Origin: Camelus dromedarius | Taxonomy: Eukaryota | Length of the DNA: 64,000 nucleotides | Direction of reading: 5' to 3' | Assembly (NCBI RefSeq): GCF_036321535.1 | Contig: NC_087437.1 | Location: forward strand, 31,064,001 to 31,128,000 | In this document: positions 1 to 13,734 of the stretch, piece by piece | Layout of the letters: every line of letters starts with the position of its first letter | Position numbering within the stretch: position 1 is the stretch's first letter | Notes under the pieces: model-generated | What the model was told of the DNA's origin: nothing | The model's database searches: none | The model's input: only the letters and a program-made list of their open reading frames with translations | Position numbers and translations under genes: made by a program

Positions 1-242
1 TTATTCTTTTTATGGCTGAGTAATACTCCATTGTGTGTGTGTGTGTGGTGTGTGTGTATGTGTGTGTATATATATATATCACATCTTCTTTATCCATTCA
101 TCTGTGGATGGACATTTAGGTTGTTTCCATGTCTTGGCTATTGTAAATAGTGCTGCTATGAACATTGGGGTGCAGGTGTCATTTTGAAGTAGGGTTCCTT
201 CTGGGTATATGCCCTGGAGCGGGATTCCTGGGTCATATGGTA
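1..242 (-). mobile_element. LINE-1 fragment (end of ORF2), young family, continues off the left edge; contains an internal (TG)n(TA)n tract at 32-78
   Basis: Near-identical to the L1 copies at 4452 and 63166 (e.g. GAAGTAGGGTTCCTTCTGGGTATATGCCCTGGAGCGGGATTCCTGGGTCATATGG). Confidence 0.9.
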
Positions 243-3200
243 TCTTAGAAAATATGATTGATTAGATTTTTCTTATTAGAGAGAAAGCACTTTCTTTTCT
301 AAAAGGTGATACATATTTCTTAGAGCAGAATTTCTTTAAGGCTCTGTCTAGCTCTTGGCATGTTTATATGAGAAGTCACATAGAAGATGTAACTTTCTAG
401 AGATGTTAGAATATGAGGACATTGTTGTGTAGTTTATTATGATTTTAGACATATGATAGAAAGATTGCTTGCTAGCTCATTGTTTTGTTATTTTGAATGT
501 TAGTACAAATCTTAGACTAGTGAATGACTGGGTGAAGAGTGAGAGGATGAACATCAATAGGACAGGAATTAGGTAGACAGAGAAAGTTTCCAGTATCCCA
601 GCAGCAGCTTCTGGAAGGGATGAGGTTGCCCTGGTCCCTAATGGTGATGATGTTCTGTGACTTAAGGACATTGAGGCTGTACTTGCCGTGTGCCACTGTC
701 CCCATAGGGTAGTGAGTTGGAAGTAGACATCGCTGGGCAGGCACACCTACCCTACAGTAGCAGCCAAATACATAGGGACTTGCTTTAGGCCGCATCCCTG
801 TGATTGCTATTTGAGTTACCTTGAGAAAACTGAACCAGTTTCTCACTTTTACAGTTCTATTAGTTGGGCCATGTGTGTGTGTCCAGTTCCTTCTGAAGGA
901 CTGTGGACACCTTGAAAGCAGTGTCCTCTTGCCCGCAGGGTTTCCTCCTAAACGGATGTTAGTGGATTATATAGAGCGCAACACTTCTGGTTCCTCTTCC
1001 CCTGATGTCCTCTGCGTTTCCAGAGGGCAGGCTTGTGCAATGGCAGGGGCATTTATTGAGGGGTTTGGAGATAATATTTGAATCCCATTTTGCTCTGTGA
1101 GCATAATAAGGTTTTAAAAGTTCTCCAGAACCAGTACCCTCTCTGTTAAATGAAAAGAAGAGACATGATGATCTCTTGGGCTCTTTCCAGCCATGAAACT
1201 ACATGGTATAATAATATCATAAACCAGATGGAAGGAACAGAGTTTAATTTTCTGCTCACTGACCTTTATAGGGATTGTGCAGTTGTGTTATCTCTGCGAG
1301 AAAAAGTAAATGGGTTGATGCTCTATTTTGAAGCTTTAAGAGAGATAGAAAATTCTTTTATTTTTAGAGTGTATTCTTTTAGTAATTGGTTGACCATTGC
1401 CAGATTTTTTTTTAATTCTTTAATAGAAGGAGACAAGTCACATGAACACCTTCAGTTTGTAATGTCCCTGCTTACGAAATGTTTTCATCTTCGTTATCTC
1501 ACGTGTCTTCACACAACGTAAGTCATGTGTTCTAATCTCCCAGTTTCCTCTGGGAGAACGTGCCTCCTGAAGGTGACCTGTCTGATCGTCCAGGCCCTAG
1601 ACCTTGGGTCTCCTGGTCCCCACCCAGGGCTCTTTACCTGCTTTCAGTGTCTCCCAAACCGTGGCGCACTAGATGTCCCTGAGATGGTACTAGGGGGGCA
1701 TGTGGACATTAAATCTCTCAATGGTTTTGTATTCATTTTCATGAGTGTTAGGAAAAATGTATAAGTTACACCTCAAACCTATGAATTCATGCCAGTGATG
1801 GCAGAGGACAAAGCTAAGTTTTAAAATAAATGAGTCAGTTTAAAGGGAAATATTCACTCAATATGAGTAGAAGTGGAACTCGGATCTGACAAAATCCTGG
1901 AGGTGGTTTATTTGTTTCGTCTCCTTCATGTTTATCAAGCACCTATAAAGCATCATGCTGTCTGCCCAGGGCTTTTTATAGTCATTCCGTTTAATCCGTA
2001 TAACAGCCCTATGGACGTATTACAACCCACATCCTCACTGATGAAGAATGTGGCTTATTCACTTTCTGTCTGTGGCTGCTTAATTATTTTTTCTCTTCCC
2101 ATCAAGAGGCTAAAAAATTCTCTGGGCTACCTCTCTGTGAACAGTCTCAAGTATGTTCCAGGCTACCTCTTTGAGCCATTGCCATTTTACTCCATGTCCA
2201 AAGTCACCCTTTCTAGTTCTGTCTTTATATACTGAGTATTCTGCTTCTCCTGGGATGGGGTAAAATTGTACCATGATTTTTAAATTTGGCTTTGGTTATT
2301 CAGCTTGGTTTCATTTTATACAGCTTAGGTATATTTTCTACAGCTTAGTTGATTAATTTTTTACCTTTACCCTTCAGCTGATATGCTGGTGTTAGCCAAT
2401 GAGAGTCACTGTACATCTTACCTTCTCTATGAGCCTCCAGGGCTACATAAACTGGGGGCAGATCAACATAAGCTCTGATGTCAGGCCAACCCCTGTCTGA
2501 ACCCTGATTCCACCACACTACCCACTGGTCACTATCTATGTGACTTGGACCTTAGTCTCCTTACTTGTAAAGTGGAAATGACAATATTACACATTCATAG
2601 AGTTGGGAGGATTAAGTGAAATTTTCTCTCTCAAAGTTTTAGCATGGCGCTGAGTGCATGGAAAGGGTCCTTCAGCAAATGCTATCCGTTCCCCTTTGGA
2701 GTGCTGTGAGCCTTGGTCTGTTATTTACCTCCATATTCTTTCTTTCTCTGGATTCCTCCCAGGTGCTTCCTGAGCCTGGGAAAACTTCCTAACCCTAGGA
2801 GAAAGGTCTCGATGTGCTGCTTCCCTTCTTGCTTCACTTAGAGCCCCGTTCTTCTAAGATTTTCATTTACATCCTCATTTAAAATCTTTTCTGATCAAAT
2901 GTCTGTCTGACATGTCCTCTCTCCATGTGGAGAGCATCAATCTGTTGTCTTTGGGATGGAGAGGCCTAGGTCTGAAGTCTAGCTCTGTTGCTGGCTAGCT
3001 GTGTGGATTTCAGCAAATCATGTCCCATCTCAGGGCCCCAATATGTTCATCAACATGGTGGAAACAATGCAGATGTTTTTATCTTTGTCTAGGATTTTAA
3101 AGGTTAGATCCAATAGAAAATCCTTGGTATGCTGTAAACCGGTATCTGTATATAATCTATGTATCTCTAAAATATAACCACTAGATGTTGGCAACTTTTT

Positions 3201-4444
3201 TTTACCTTCTGTTCGGAGACATTGGCTCTAATTCAGTCTAGAACATGGCTTGAGAGCATGGTTATCCCTAATCTGCTTTTCTAGTAAATACAGGGGTATA
3301 TACAGCCACATTTCTCTCCCAGGCCCTGGGCAGGGTTTCTTGGGTACATTGCAAAGACCAAGACATGGGCCTCCCTTTCCTAACATCAGCAGCTGCTTAC
3401 TGAATACTTATTATATACCCAGCACTTTCCTTACACTATTCAGTTTAATCCTTTCCAATAATCCATGGGGTGGCAATTTTTATCAACTCTGCTTTATGGA
3501 AGGAAACTGAGACTTGGAAAAGATCCTGTCCATGGTCGGATTCAAGTAAGCAATAGAAACAGTACTTAAACCCGGAAGGTACAAGAAGGGTCACCTCTTA
3601 ACCTCCAGAATATTTCCTCCCCTAGTTTGGGTTGATTGCACATGCCTACTGAGATGTCACTTTAGTAATGTCACCTTTCATTTTCCATCACAGTACAAGG
3701 GTCCTTAATGTGGGGTGTGGGAGTCAGTTTCCCTTCTCCACTCAAGGTCCTTGCCTTTGCCCTGCATGTGTCTAGTGAAGGGCTGGGGGATGTCAGAGAG
3801 CAGCTCAGATGGGGAGGAAGCCACTCAGGTGGAGAGCAAGGGCTGTGCAATAGAGCAGACTGTGGATTTCAATATTCCGGCTTCTTTCCATCAAAACAGC
3901 TATGTAAGAACAGCCCAAGTAGCATCCTCTATTACATGAATTTAACTCAATTTCAGATCTTAGGTTTAAGTTAGAGAGTCTTTGGCCTTCTGCCTCTCAT
4001 ACAAGCTCCAAGAGAATACAAAGGTTATACAGCAACAGCTGCCCTGGTCTCTCCAATTTTAGCATATGGTTTTTACTAAATGGCTTGTGCTAATGTTCTG
4101 CCAGGGATGCTCACTGTTGTATTTTATGCTTTTGCTCTGTGGGAGGAGGAAACAGCATTGTTTTGAGGAACACTTGCTCACACTTCTCTGGAGATGTCAG
4201 TTGAAACAGTGCTTCCTTTCCACAGCAGCCTCCCTCGCCCCGTGAAATGCCGTCAGGTGTCAATCTTCCAGTTTTGGAGAAAAATCTCCATTCCAAGTTA
4301 AGAGAAATCTTGAGTTTTGTGTACCTTGGCACACACATTGCAACTTAATCAGAAACAAAAACTTGCCAAATATTTCTTCAGTCATCAGGAAATTAAATAG
4401 GGCTGCAGACCAGATATCTGGTCCTGGTTTCCAATCCAGGAAGG

Positions 4445-4446
4445 AT

Positions 4447-4505
<59 letters not shown>
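4445..4505. repeat. (TTTA)n microsatellite in the L1 tail
   Basis: Perfect tetranucleotide array of about 14-15 units. Confidence 0.95.
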
Positions 4506-4509
<4 letters not shown>

Positions 4510-5651
4510 TTTTTTTTATTGAGTTAGAGTCATTTTACAATGTTGTGTCAAATTTCAATGTAGAGCACAATTTTTCAGTTATACATGAACATACGTGTAT
4601 TCATTGTCACATTTTTTTTTTCCTATGAGCTACCACAAGATCTTGTATATATTTCCCTGTGCTATACAATATAATCTTGTTTATCTATTCTGCATATGCC
4701 TGTCAGCATCTACAAATTTTGAACTCCCAGTCTATCCCGTCCCACCCCCCTCCCCCTTGGTAACCACAAGTTTGTATTCTATGTCTGAGTCTGAGTCTGC
4801 TTCCTTTTTGTAGTTATGTTCTTTCTTTCTTTCTTTTTTTTTTTTTTAAGATTCCACATAAGAGCAATCTCATATGGTATTTTTCTTTCTCTTTCTGGCT
4901 TACTTCACTTAGAATGACATTCCCCAGGGACATCCATGTTGCAGCAAATGGCATCATGTTGTCATTTTTTACAGCTGAATAGTATTCTATTGTATAAATA
5001 TAGCACATCTTCTTTATCCAGTCATCTGTCAATGGACATTTAGGCTGTTTCCATGTCTTAGCTATTGTAAATAGTGCTGCTATGAACATTGGGGTGCAGG
5101 TGTCATTTTGAAGTAGGGTTCCTTCTGGGTATATGCCCTGGAGCGGGATTCCTGGGTCATATGGTAAGTCTATTCCTAGTCTTTTGAGGAATCTCCATAC
5201 TGTTTTCCACAGTGGCTGCACCAAACTGCATTCCCACCAGCAGTGTAGGAGGGTTCTCTTTTCTCCATAGCCTCTCCAGCATTTGCCATTTGTGGACTTT
5301 TGAATGACGGCCATTCTGACTGGTGTGAGGTGATACCTCATTGTAGTTTTGATTTGCATTTCTCTGATAATTAGTAATATTGAGCATTTTTTCATGTGCT
5401 TTTTGATCATTTGTATGTCTTCCTTGGAGAATTGCTTGTTTAGGTCTTCTGCCCATTTTTAGATTGGGTTGTTTGTTTTTTTCTTAAGTCGTATGAGCTG
5501 CTTATATATTCTGGAGATCAAGCCTTTGTTAATTTCATCATTTGCAAAAATTCTCTCCCATTCTGTAGGTTGTCGTTTTGATTTACTTATGATTTCCTTT
5601 GCTGTGCAGAAGCTTGTAAGTTTAATTAGGTCCCATTTGTTTATTCTTGCG
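4452..5651 (-). mobile_element. 5'-truncated young LINE-1 (ORF2 C-terminus + 3' UTR + A-rich tail) with perfect 19-bp TSD
   Basis: ORF 4814-5410 ([21 protein letters not shown]...LLHCWWEC...FAATWM) is the L1 ORF2p C-terminus. TSD AATCCAGGAAGGATTTATT at 4433-4451 and 5652-5670. Confidence 0.95.
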
Positions 5652-5729
5652 AATCCAGGAAGGATTTATTAAGGTTAGGCGGTAGGTAACTGCCCTTGAC
5701 AAGATAAAAGCCCATTGATTTTATTAAAG

Positions 5730-6093
5730 ATAACAATAGCTGCTAAACCCCAAAACCTCATTGACTTGACATAAACTTTATGTCCTACTCGTGTAAATTC
5801 AATCAAGGGTAGTTAGTTCCAGTCAGGTGGGATCCAGGCTGATGAGAGTTCTGTCGTCTTCGGCTTTTGTTTCTAAGCTGGCCGGGGGCTGAGAATTGCT
5901 GTCTGTCCAGCAGGCAGAAGAGAGTATGGATGGAGGATCACTGTCAGTGGAGCTGTGGGGAGAAGCATCATTGGCTGGAATTCAGGCATGTGACCACACG
6001 GAACTGCAAGGGAGGCTGGGAACTGTAGTGCAAATGTGTGCCATGGGGAGAGAGATGCTGGTGTGGGGAACAGCCTGCCAGTCCCTCTGCCAC
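5730..6093 (-). mobile_element. Old MaLR solo LTR (MLT1I/J-like)
   Basis: Motifs CATTGGCTGGAATTCAGGCATGTGACCAC..AACTGCAAGGGAGGCTGGGAACTGTAGT and end ..CTCTGCCACA are typical of antisense MLT1. Confidence 0.6.
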
Positions 6094-6690
6094 AGAGCTG
6101 TGGTCAGAGCAGAGTGGAGGAGGTGCTGAGGTGGGGTCTGGCTGCTTCCTTTCCCTTCAACGTATTCCCCTCATTCAAAACCTGACCCACCCACCTGGCC
6201 TTAACCACACTGTGGGGATATCTTCTGGCTTCTCTAATTGCAACTCACTTTTCTGTTTTACCGAGGTTGATGGCCCCTCAGAAACCTGTAGATGGTGAGC
6301 TGATATCAGCTTGGAACACAGCCTTGCTTGTGTCAGTTCTTGAATTCTCAGCTCCTGTTTTGAACCTCTCAGAGGTTCGGTTTTGTTTGGTTTTGCCCTA
6401 AGATTCCCAAGCAGTTGACTGAGCCGGGAGTCTCCCTGCAGCTCATGCTTTATTCCTCCTCCATGCGGTTGTGAGATGGAGTTGTTGCAGTGCAGCAGGT
6501 CAGCCTTTCCCATGGTAATGGCCACAGGCTCTAGTGCCACGGGCTTGGGCTGAGAGCTTACGAGGCAGGATCAGGCACGTGGAAGCCAGGGCCACAGAGC
6601 CTTGTGAAGAGCCGAGAGCTCACTAATTCAGTCTATTATTTCAGAACTAGCCAGCTGTGTTGGGGTTTTTTCCCCCCTACTTAGATGGGC

Positions 6691-7459
6691 TTTTTTATTT
6701 TTTAATTGAATTATAGTCAGTTACAATGTGTCAATTTCCAGTGTACAGCAAAATGTCCCAGTCATGCATATATACATATGTTAGTTTTCATATTCTTTTT
6801 GATTAAAGGTTATTACAAGATATTGAACAGAGTTCCCTGTGCTGTACAGAAGAAATTTGTTTTTATCTATTTTTATATATAGTAGTTAATATCTGCAAAT
6901 CTTGAACTCTCAAATTTATCCCTTCCCATTCCCTTTTCCCCAGTAACCATAAGATTGTTTACTATATCTGTAAGTCTGTTTCTGTTTTGTAGAAGGGTTC
7001 ATTAGTGTCTTTTTTCTTTTTTTAGATTCCACATATGAGTGATATCATGTGGTACTTTTCTTTCTCTTTTTGGCTTACTTCACTTAGAATGACGATCTCC
7101 ATGCCTATCTATGTTGCTGCAAATGGCATTATTTTATTCTTTTTTATGGCCAAGTAGTATTCCTTTTTAATAGCCGAGTAGTACATAAATATACCACAAC
7201 TTCTTTGTCCAGTCATCTGTTGATGGACATTTAAGTTGTTTCCATATCTTGGCTACTGTAAATAGTGCTGCTGTGTGAATGTGTCTTTTTGAATTAGAGT
7301 TCCCTCTGGGTATATGCCTAGGAGTGGGATTGTTGGTTCATGTGGTAAGTCTGTTTTTAGTTTTTTTGAGGAATCTCCATACCATTTTCCAAAATGGTTG
7401 CACCAAACTACATTCCCACCAACAGTGTAGGAGGGTTCCCTGTTCTCCACACCCTCTCT
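6691..7459 (-). mobile_element. 5'-truncated LINE-1 3' end
   Basis: L1 3' UTR and ORF2 end homologous to the 4452 and 61042 copies. T-rich tail at 6691-6703. Candidate TSD GCCAGCTGT at 6650-6658 and 7460-7468, with TTTT/AA just after the right copy. Confidence 0.9.
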
Positions 7460-10400
7460 GCCAGCTGTATGTTTTTAAAAGGAGCTTCAGTATGTTCATT
7501 CAATGTAGTCGTTACCCATGTTTGTCGATAATGCACCATCAGGATTGTCGAAGACAGATAAGCCAGTCACTCTGTTCCCAGCAGCAGGACACAGCATGGT
7601 TTAGAATGTAGTATCATTAAATAAAACTGCATATCATTTACGATGTTCTAGCCCGTCTTCTCTGGCTCACTATCCTCACACAAGTTCCATGCACATTTTT
7701 GTGTGGAAGGGTGAGGAATTTGAGAAAAAATTAGTTTAAAAATTTTGGGTTGCATTCAAGAGCTCCTTTTTTTAAAATTACAAACTTGAAATAGTTCACT
7801 TTAAAAAAGCAAAGCCCCAAGTACATTTTGTAGTTTAATCTTCATATTTAATTTGATTACAGCAATGAACATTAAGTATGAAACAAGCTGTCCAAAAGGG
7901 CTGTTGAATTATTTAATTACCTCTGTGACTGAGGAGGTGATAGTCAGCATAAACAATTCTATGAGTGGGGTGCATTTGAAAGATCAGTTCTTTCTGTCTC
8001 CAAGCTTAGTAATTTAAATGATGTGACTATCCAAACAGCAGTTGCTTGTTGAATAAAATATTAAACCCTTAAATCTGTTAACAATGTTTTAGCTTCCAGA
8101 TGGTCATTTATCCAAAAGAAATGGCAAAGAAGTATTAAGTTTAAATATGTTTTTAAAGTATTTTCAGTTAAATGAATTTCCAACAAAGTCAATATTCAGA
8201 ATTCAAGGATACTCTCTCATTACCATATATGTAATATTGAAAGAATTTCTAACAATCAAACTAGGAAGTTAAACAGATATGCTTTTAAGAGGTTTGATCA
8301 ACTATTATGTTCAATTCTGGGGATCTGAGGCTAAACAAGGCAGGCTTCCTGCCCTGAATAATTCTGGAGTCTTTTCAGAGAAAACAGTTCTGCAGCATGG
8401 TTTTATTGGTGTGATGTTTGGAGTGTGAATGAAGTGCTTTGGAAACAGATAAAGGAGCCATTAGTTCTGCCAGAAGGTGGGGAGACAAGGAAGAGAAGTG
8501 TCAGGAAAAAATACACACACAGTGCACCATTTCAACTGGACTCTTAACAAGGATGTGCAGGAGTCTGGGAGAGTGAACCAGCAAAGAGGGAGGCGGGAAA
8601 GGGGCAGGGGAATGAAGAGTGTAGTCTGTAGCTCAAAAACAAAGTTGACCTTTTCTTAAGCTAGAATCAGCTAAACAACCAAGCTGCTACTAATGGGGGG
8701 AAGAGTTCGTGAGAATGGACAAGATAAAATTTCTAAACACAGAAAATAATTCACAGTTAGGCCTTATTCATCTGATATTGTCAGAGAATGAAAAATTTCA
8801 TGCAAGCAATTTTTCCCAGTACCTGAAACTTTCTGATTTAACTGTCAAGGCTTTAACTTTTTAAACCTGAAGAAGCAGTTTGACAACTCCAGTTTATCTT
8901 AATAAACGTCAACTGTTGTGTTATGTTAAAATGTTTTCAGGGACTCTTAAGGCGTATAGAACTATTTGCCTTGAAAATTAGAGGCCTCATTTTGCTATTT
9001 TATTTTTTAATGTTGGCTTCTGGATTTTTCCCCATCCATTACTTTTTCTATATCCTTACCTTGCTGTAAATTTTCCTTGCTACTGTCAGGCTGCCTACCT
9101 CTAATAGCCCCTTTCATCTAATTTGCTATCTTTACTCTGCTGAGGAAAGGAAAATAAGAAAATCTGTCTTGCTTGAATTATGACCGAGAAGAACAGGTTT
9201 ATGAATTGAGGTACTCTCCCAGGAGGCTTGAAATGTGGGCTTTGTGATATCTCATTTGTTCGTTTGTAGATTCTTGCTTGTGTTCTATGGAACAAGTTTG
9301 CTAACAAGGTGACCTCTAAAAAAAATTCGGTTGTTCCTTTATTTGAATTAACATTGGAATCTGTTTGGGAAAATGCCAAATGTTGAAAGTGGCTCCAGTT
9401 GCAGTTTATCTTGGGATAACCCTTAGAGACTTTAGAAAAGCAAACCATATAGAACACAATTTTTCAAAATGTTGATGGGACACTTGTGCTCTCAATTTTA
9501 TAAATTTCCCAGATGAAGAGAACATTCTATCATAAATAAAGTAAGCAAAGCGAAGCTATTCATTTGTCTTCCATGGCAGAAGCACACTTTCCAGAGGATC
9601 ATTTTTCAACAGTATTTCCTTGGAACTTTGGTCAGTGATTAAACATTTACAATTATTATACTGTGAAATGACATTTCAAGAGGGAAGATAGTGTATGTGG
9701 GGGTTTAAATATATAAACTAACTTATCTTATTTAACTCTGAGGAGATAGTATTGTTTCCCTCATTTTTCTGAGGAAGAAACTGAAAGCCCAGAGAACACT
9801 CACATCACACAGTAGTGCATTGTCGGGCGAGGATTTAAACCCCTGTCCATCTGACCTCTAAGGTCACACTCCTGGAAACTTGTACTTTATTCCAGTCCTT
9901 ACAGTAACTGACTCTTAATGTTGCCAGTTTATCTGAATGTTTCTTTCTTTATTGGTAAAACAAGAGAATTTAACCAGCTGATTTCTCAGATTTCTTACAG
10001 CTCCAGTAGAATCATAGATTTTTGTAGAATTAATCTTGAGTGCCTGGAAGAAGATGATGAAGAGGTAGGTGGGGTCAGGTGGAATGGTTCCAATAAAACC
10101 TCTAAGCAGTGCATTCTCTCTCAACACTGGAACTATACATTTTTAGGCTTGGCTTTGTAGCTGAGATTTACCTTTCAGGATGCCACTCTGTGTCCCAGCT
10201 TCCCAGCCTTGTCTCTGACAGGTTCAGACCCCAGGAGAATAATGCGGTAGAAGAAGATGGATGAGCCCCTTGGCAGAAGGGAGCATGTGGAGCAGTGACC
10301 TTGGAGGTGTGGGATGCTTTGCAGCTTTCAAATCTGCTTTCTGAGTAGACACTTAAGTGGTGATGGAGGAATTTCTTGCCAGACAAAGAACAAATCAACT

Positions 10401-10529
10401 TTATCCAGATAATCCTTCATTTCTCTTTAGGAAGGAGAAAGTCCTATTTCAAGCCATCTCATTCATTTTGTAGTCATGTAACCCATCACACTGAAGTCTT
10501 CTGAAAATTGTTGCTTACTGAGTCTGTCC

Positions 10530-10650
10530 ACGTCGGCCACGTACGGCCTCGCCTGCTGTACACGGCGACACGTGGGGCATTATCCACATAGACTGCAGCG
10601 TTGATGGGCAGTCTGTGGAGCTGTGCAGTGCACTGGCTACTGTAACAATA
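10530..10650. mobile_element. MER91-like hAT DNA-transposon remnant
   Basis: TAGACTGCAGCGTTGATGGGC...GGAGCTGTGCAGTGCAC resembles the remembered MER91A consensus. Confidence 0.35.
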
Positions 10651-13600
10651 ACCGCCACTCATTCTGCATCAGTTACATCAAACAGCATATTTCCTTTAGT
10701 CTTCATGACAACCCTATGTTGTAATGTGGGGAGGGGTATTTTCCAGAGGAAGAAATAGGACTCAGAAAGTGTCCACTAGTCAACCCACTAGTGTGCTGTA
10801 GGAGTAGGACTCGAACCCACGTTTTCCTGCTTTCCCAGCTCCTGTTCTTTCCACCACACTCCACCCCGACTCCACGGAAATTCTTTAAGCCAGGACAGTG
10901 CAGACTGGGATGAGGTGGAACATGTCCTCAGCATTTTGGAACCACTGCTTCAGTGATGACTCAATGGCATGTGACCACAATACTATACTATCCTGATCTC
11001 AAACCTTCTGTGGCTCAACGTTACTTAAAAAGAGAGTGCAAAGCCCCACAATAGGACCAAGACCTCACCTCCCACCTTCTCTCCTGCTCACCTACCTCTT
11101 CTCCAAGGCACTATGTTGCCCCATGGTCATTTTTCAAGGCATTTTTAGCCACAGAGTGTACTTTTGCATATTGCAGTCCCATGGGCCATTTCCTTTGCAT
11201 TAGCCTTAGAATGAAGGCCACACTTTGGCATCTTCTGGGATCTTTTGCAGGAAGAGCAAGAGAGTCACACCCAAAGTAGTGAAGGGAGCTTTCACTGCAG
11301 ATGCCAAAACTCAAAGATACTTTCTGGCTGTGAATGTGAGTCAGTGTGGGATAAATGAAGGTGGCAGTGAAATCCCAAGGGCCAGCCCTGCCCTTTACAG
11401 CCAAGAAAGAGACTGTAGACCTGGGCACCCTTAATTATACTTCGATTTCCCCTCAGTCAAGGCTATAGTGTGCATACCTGTGCATATGGTAGCAATGCGA
11501 CAGTTACACATTGGGGAGGGCTATTTGCATGTTGTGGTGCACGAGGGTAAAGTATACAAGCGGCAGGGGTGAGGAAAGAGGTAGAATGAGCTGAGACTGA
11601 GGTGCGGGCGCTGTCTTCGAGCTGCAGCTGCCTTGATGGGGGCTCCCATTAGCGCCGTGCTTTAACCCCACACACTGAACATGTGTCCCCGCCCCTGTGC
11701 TGCTGGGAATGTTTTATTCTATCCCTAGAAAAATTTTGGCCTAAAAGGAAATGAGAGGGATTGTCTAGAAAAGGTTCGATCAATGCTAAACAGACTTTCA
11801 AGATTCATCTTCTTGCTCGATGGCAAACATCTGGAAGAACTACCCCCCCCTTTCTTCACTGCCGCTGTTACGTCCTCTGCCCCACCCCCAGGACTGGGTT
11901 TCGGGGTCTCTTCACCGCTTGCCTGCATCGTGGCTCACAGTGCACTGCTTTATAGCCTTCCCTAGCCTCCTTCCTCCCTCCACTGTGAGCTCCTCACAGT
12001 GAAGGTCGAAGGCGACATTTTCTTCATTGTGTTGTGTTGATATGACCCGCACATTTTTAACTGTGGTCTCACCATATACAACTAGACCCCTAGGTAGCTC
12101 TGGCAAAGGTAAGGAGAAGAAAGCAAGCACAAGAGGAGAAACTCCTCTGATGGTGCCCAGTGGGATGGAGGCAGACGTCTCGGTCAGCTCACTGCTCTCT
12201 GTCACAGCATCACTTGCGGAGCAAAAGGATGCAGTTCCCATAAGTCATTGGAAAAGGAGGGTGGGCTTGGATCTGTGGTCTGGTGTCCCTTGTGCAAACT
12301 CGTTTGGGCAGAACCAGCATTCCTTTGCCCCAGCCGTGGGGAGACAGCCCCATTCTCCTGGCCCCACCAACTCCTGCTCAGTTTTCTATTGTAGGCCAAG
12401 ACAACTTTTAGATGACTGTGACATGTCCATAAATCTAGGATATGGTGTTTCGCAAGTTGCCTCTTTAGCCAAGAAAAATTTTAAATTAGGCTATAAATGT
12501 GATCAGTATATTCCAAGAACTATAGCAGCAATCTCAAGGGCCTGGTATCTTGCAGAACTAGCTAATTAATCATTGAGTCAACCCAGGAAGGGTCCTCATC
12601 TCTGTAGAATGTCTCCCCCAAGTAGTTTTTAAGACTCACAGGACATCAGACTTGGAAGAATCTTAGAGATTTCTGAGCCCATAAAGAAACTAAGAGGACA
12701 GAGAGGTCAAGACCTGCCCAAAGTCACACAGTTATTTATGAATGCTGGACAGGTGTGGATAAAGCTTGCTGCCCACGCAGGGCTGTGTGAACCTCTGTCT
12801 GTGACTTCTGAGTCCCAGGGCCTCTTGCACCTCATCAGCAGAACATGTTTGGAAGCACCTCTCTTGTCAGATGACTGTGCGTGTCATTTTCCCCACACTC
12901 TGCTGAACCCAGGAGTATGTATACTTAGAGATTCTGAACAGTATATAATAATTATCATCCTAAGACACAGAAGGACAGCAAGACAGACGTTAACTGCCCT
13001 CCTTAGCTGCTCAGATCCATTTCTTATAGTCTTAGACACACCGTTTAAAATTGATTTTAATTTGCATTGACAGCCAAAGGGACACATAGTTCCCTCATAA
13101 ACGTAGTTTCTACTCCCCTCTTCAAACTGGGACCTTTTATGACAGTGATCAACTTTTAGAGCTTCATGAAAAGAAACTTCAGTTTCAAATACTGGCCTTC
13201 TCATCCCTCTCTCCTCGCTCGGGCCTGGTTTCATATTCAGAGGACAGGAAAACACGGAAGCGGGCTCATGTCTCATTGCTGCCGACTGCTTTTCCAGGTC
13301 CAATAGGGGCAGTTCACTGAGGAACCACTTCTGTGCTGACTGAACCTGTGGCTGGTGTAAGTGATGGAACAATATTCACAACTGTACTTGGGGATTCGAG
13401 CTTCTCTGTAACGCCATCCCACTTTGATTCCTCTTCTAGCCTTCTCTCTATAAGCATTTATTTCTCTTTTGAGACCCAGAGTTTGGTTACTGAGGCAAAA
13501 ATGGAAATAGATGGAAAAGGGGAAATGTAGCTTTGGGAAATTTAAAATTCAAACAAGTAAACCATTAATATCTCTGATATGTTCATTGTGTACAAAACAC

Positions 13601-13734
13601 CATGCTGACTGTTACGGAGGTTACAAGCTTATACCAGATACAGTCCGTCCCTCCCCTCAAAGAGCTTGTAGTCTAGAGGGGGAGTTAGATTTGCACTTGC
13701 AGGAAGAGATATCTAAAACTCACACAACATAAGC

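Noticed and set aside
4814..5410. 198-aa ORF (also 63569-63979 and 61343-61609) as host genes
   Set aside because: They are C-terminal fragments of L1 ORF2 within retrotransposon copies.
13298..13356. Possible 59-nt cassette exon (TTTTCCAG|...T|GTAAGT)
   Set aside because: No recognisable coding similarity, it would shift the frame, and such pseudo-exons are common in long introns.
12027..13372. 180-aa (+) and 162-aa (-) ORFs
   Set aside because: No recognisable family or exon structure; lengths are compatible with chance.
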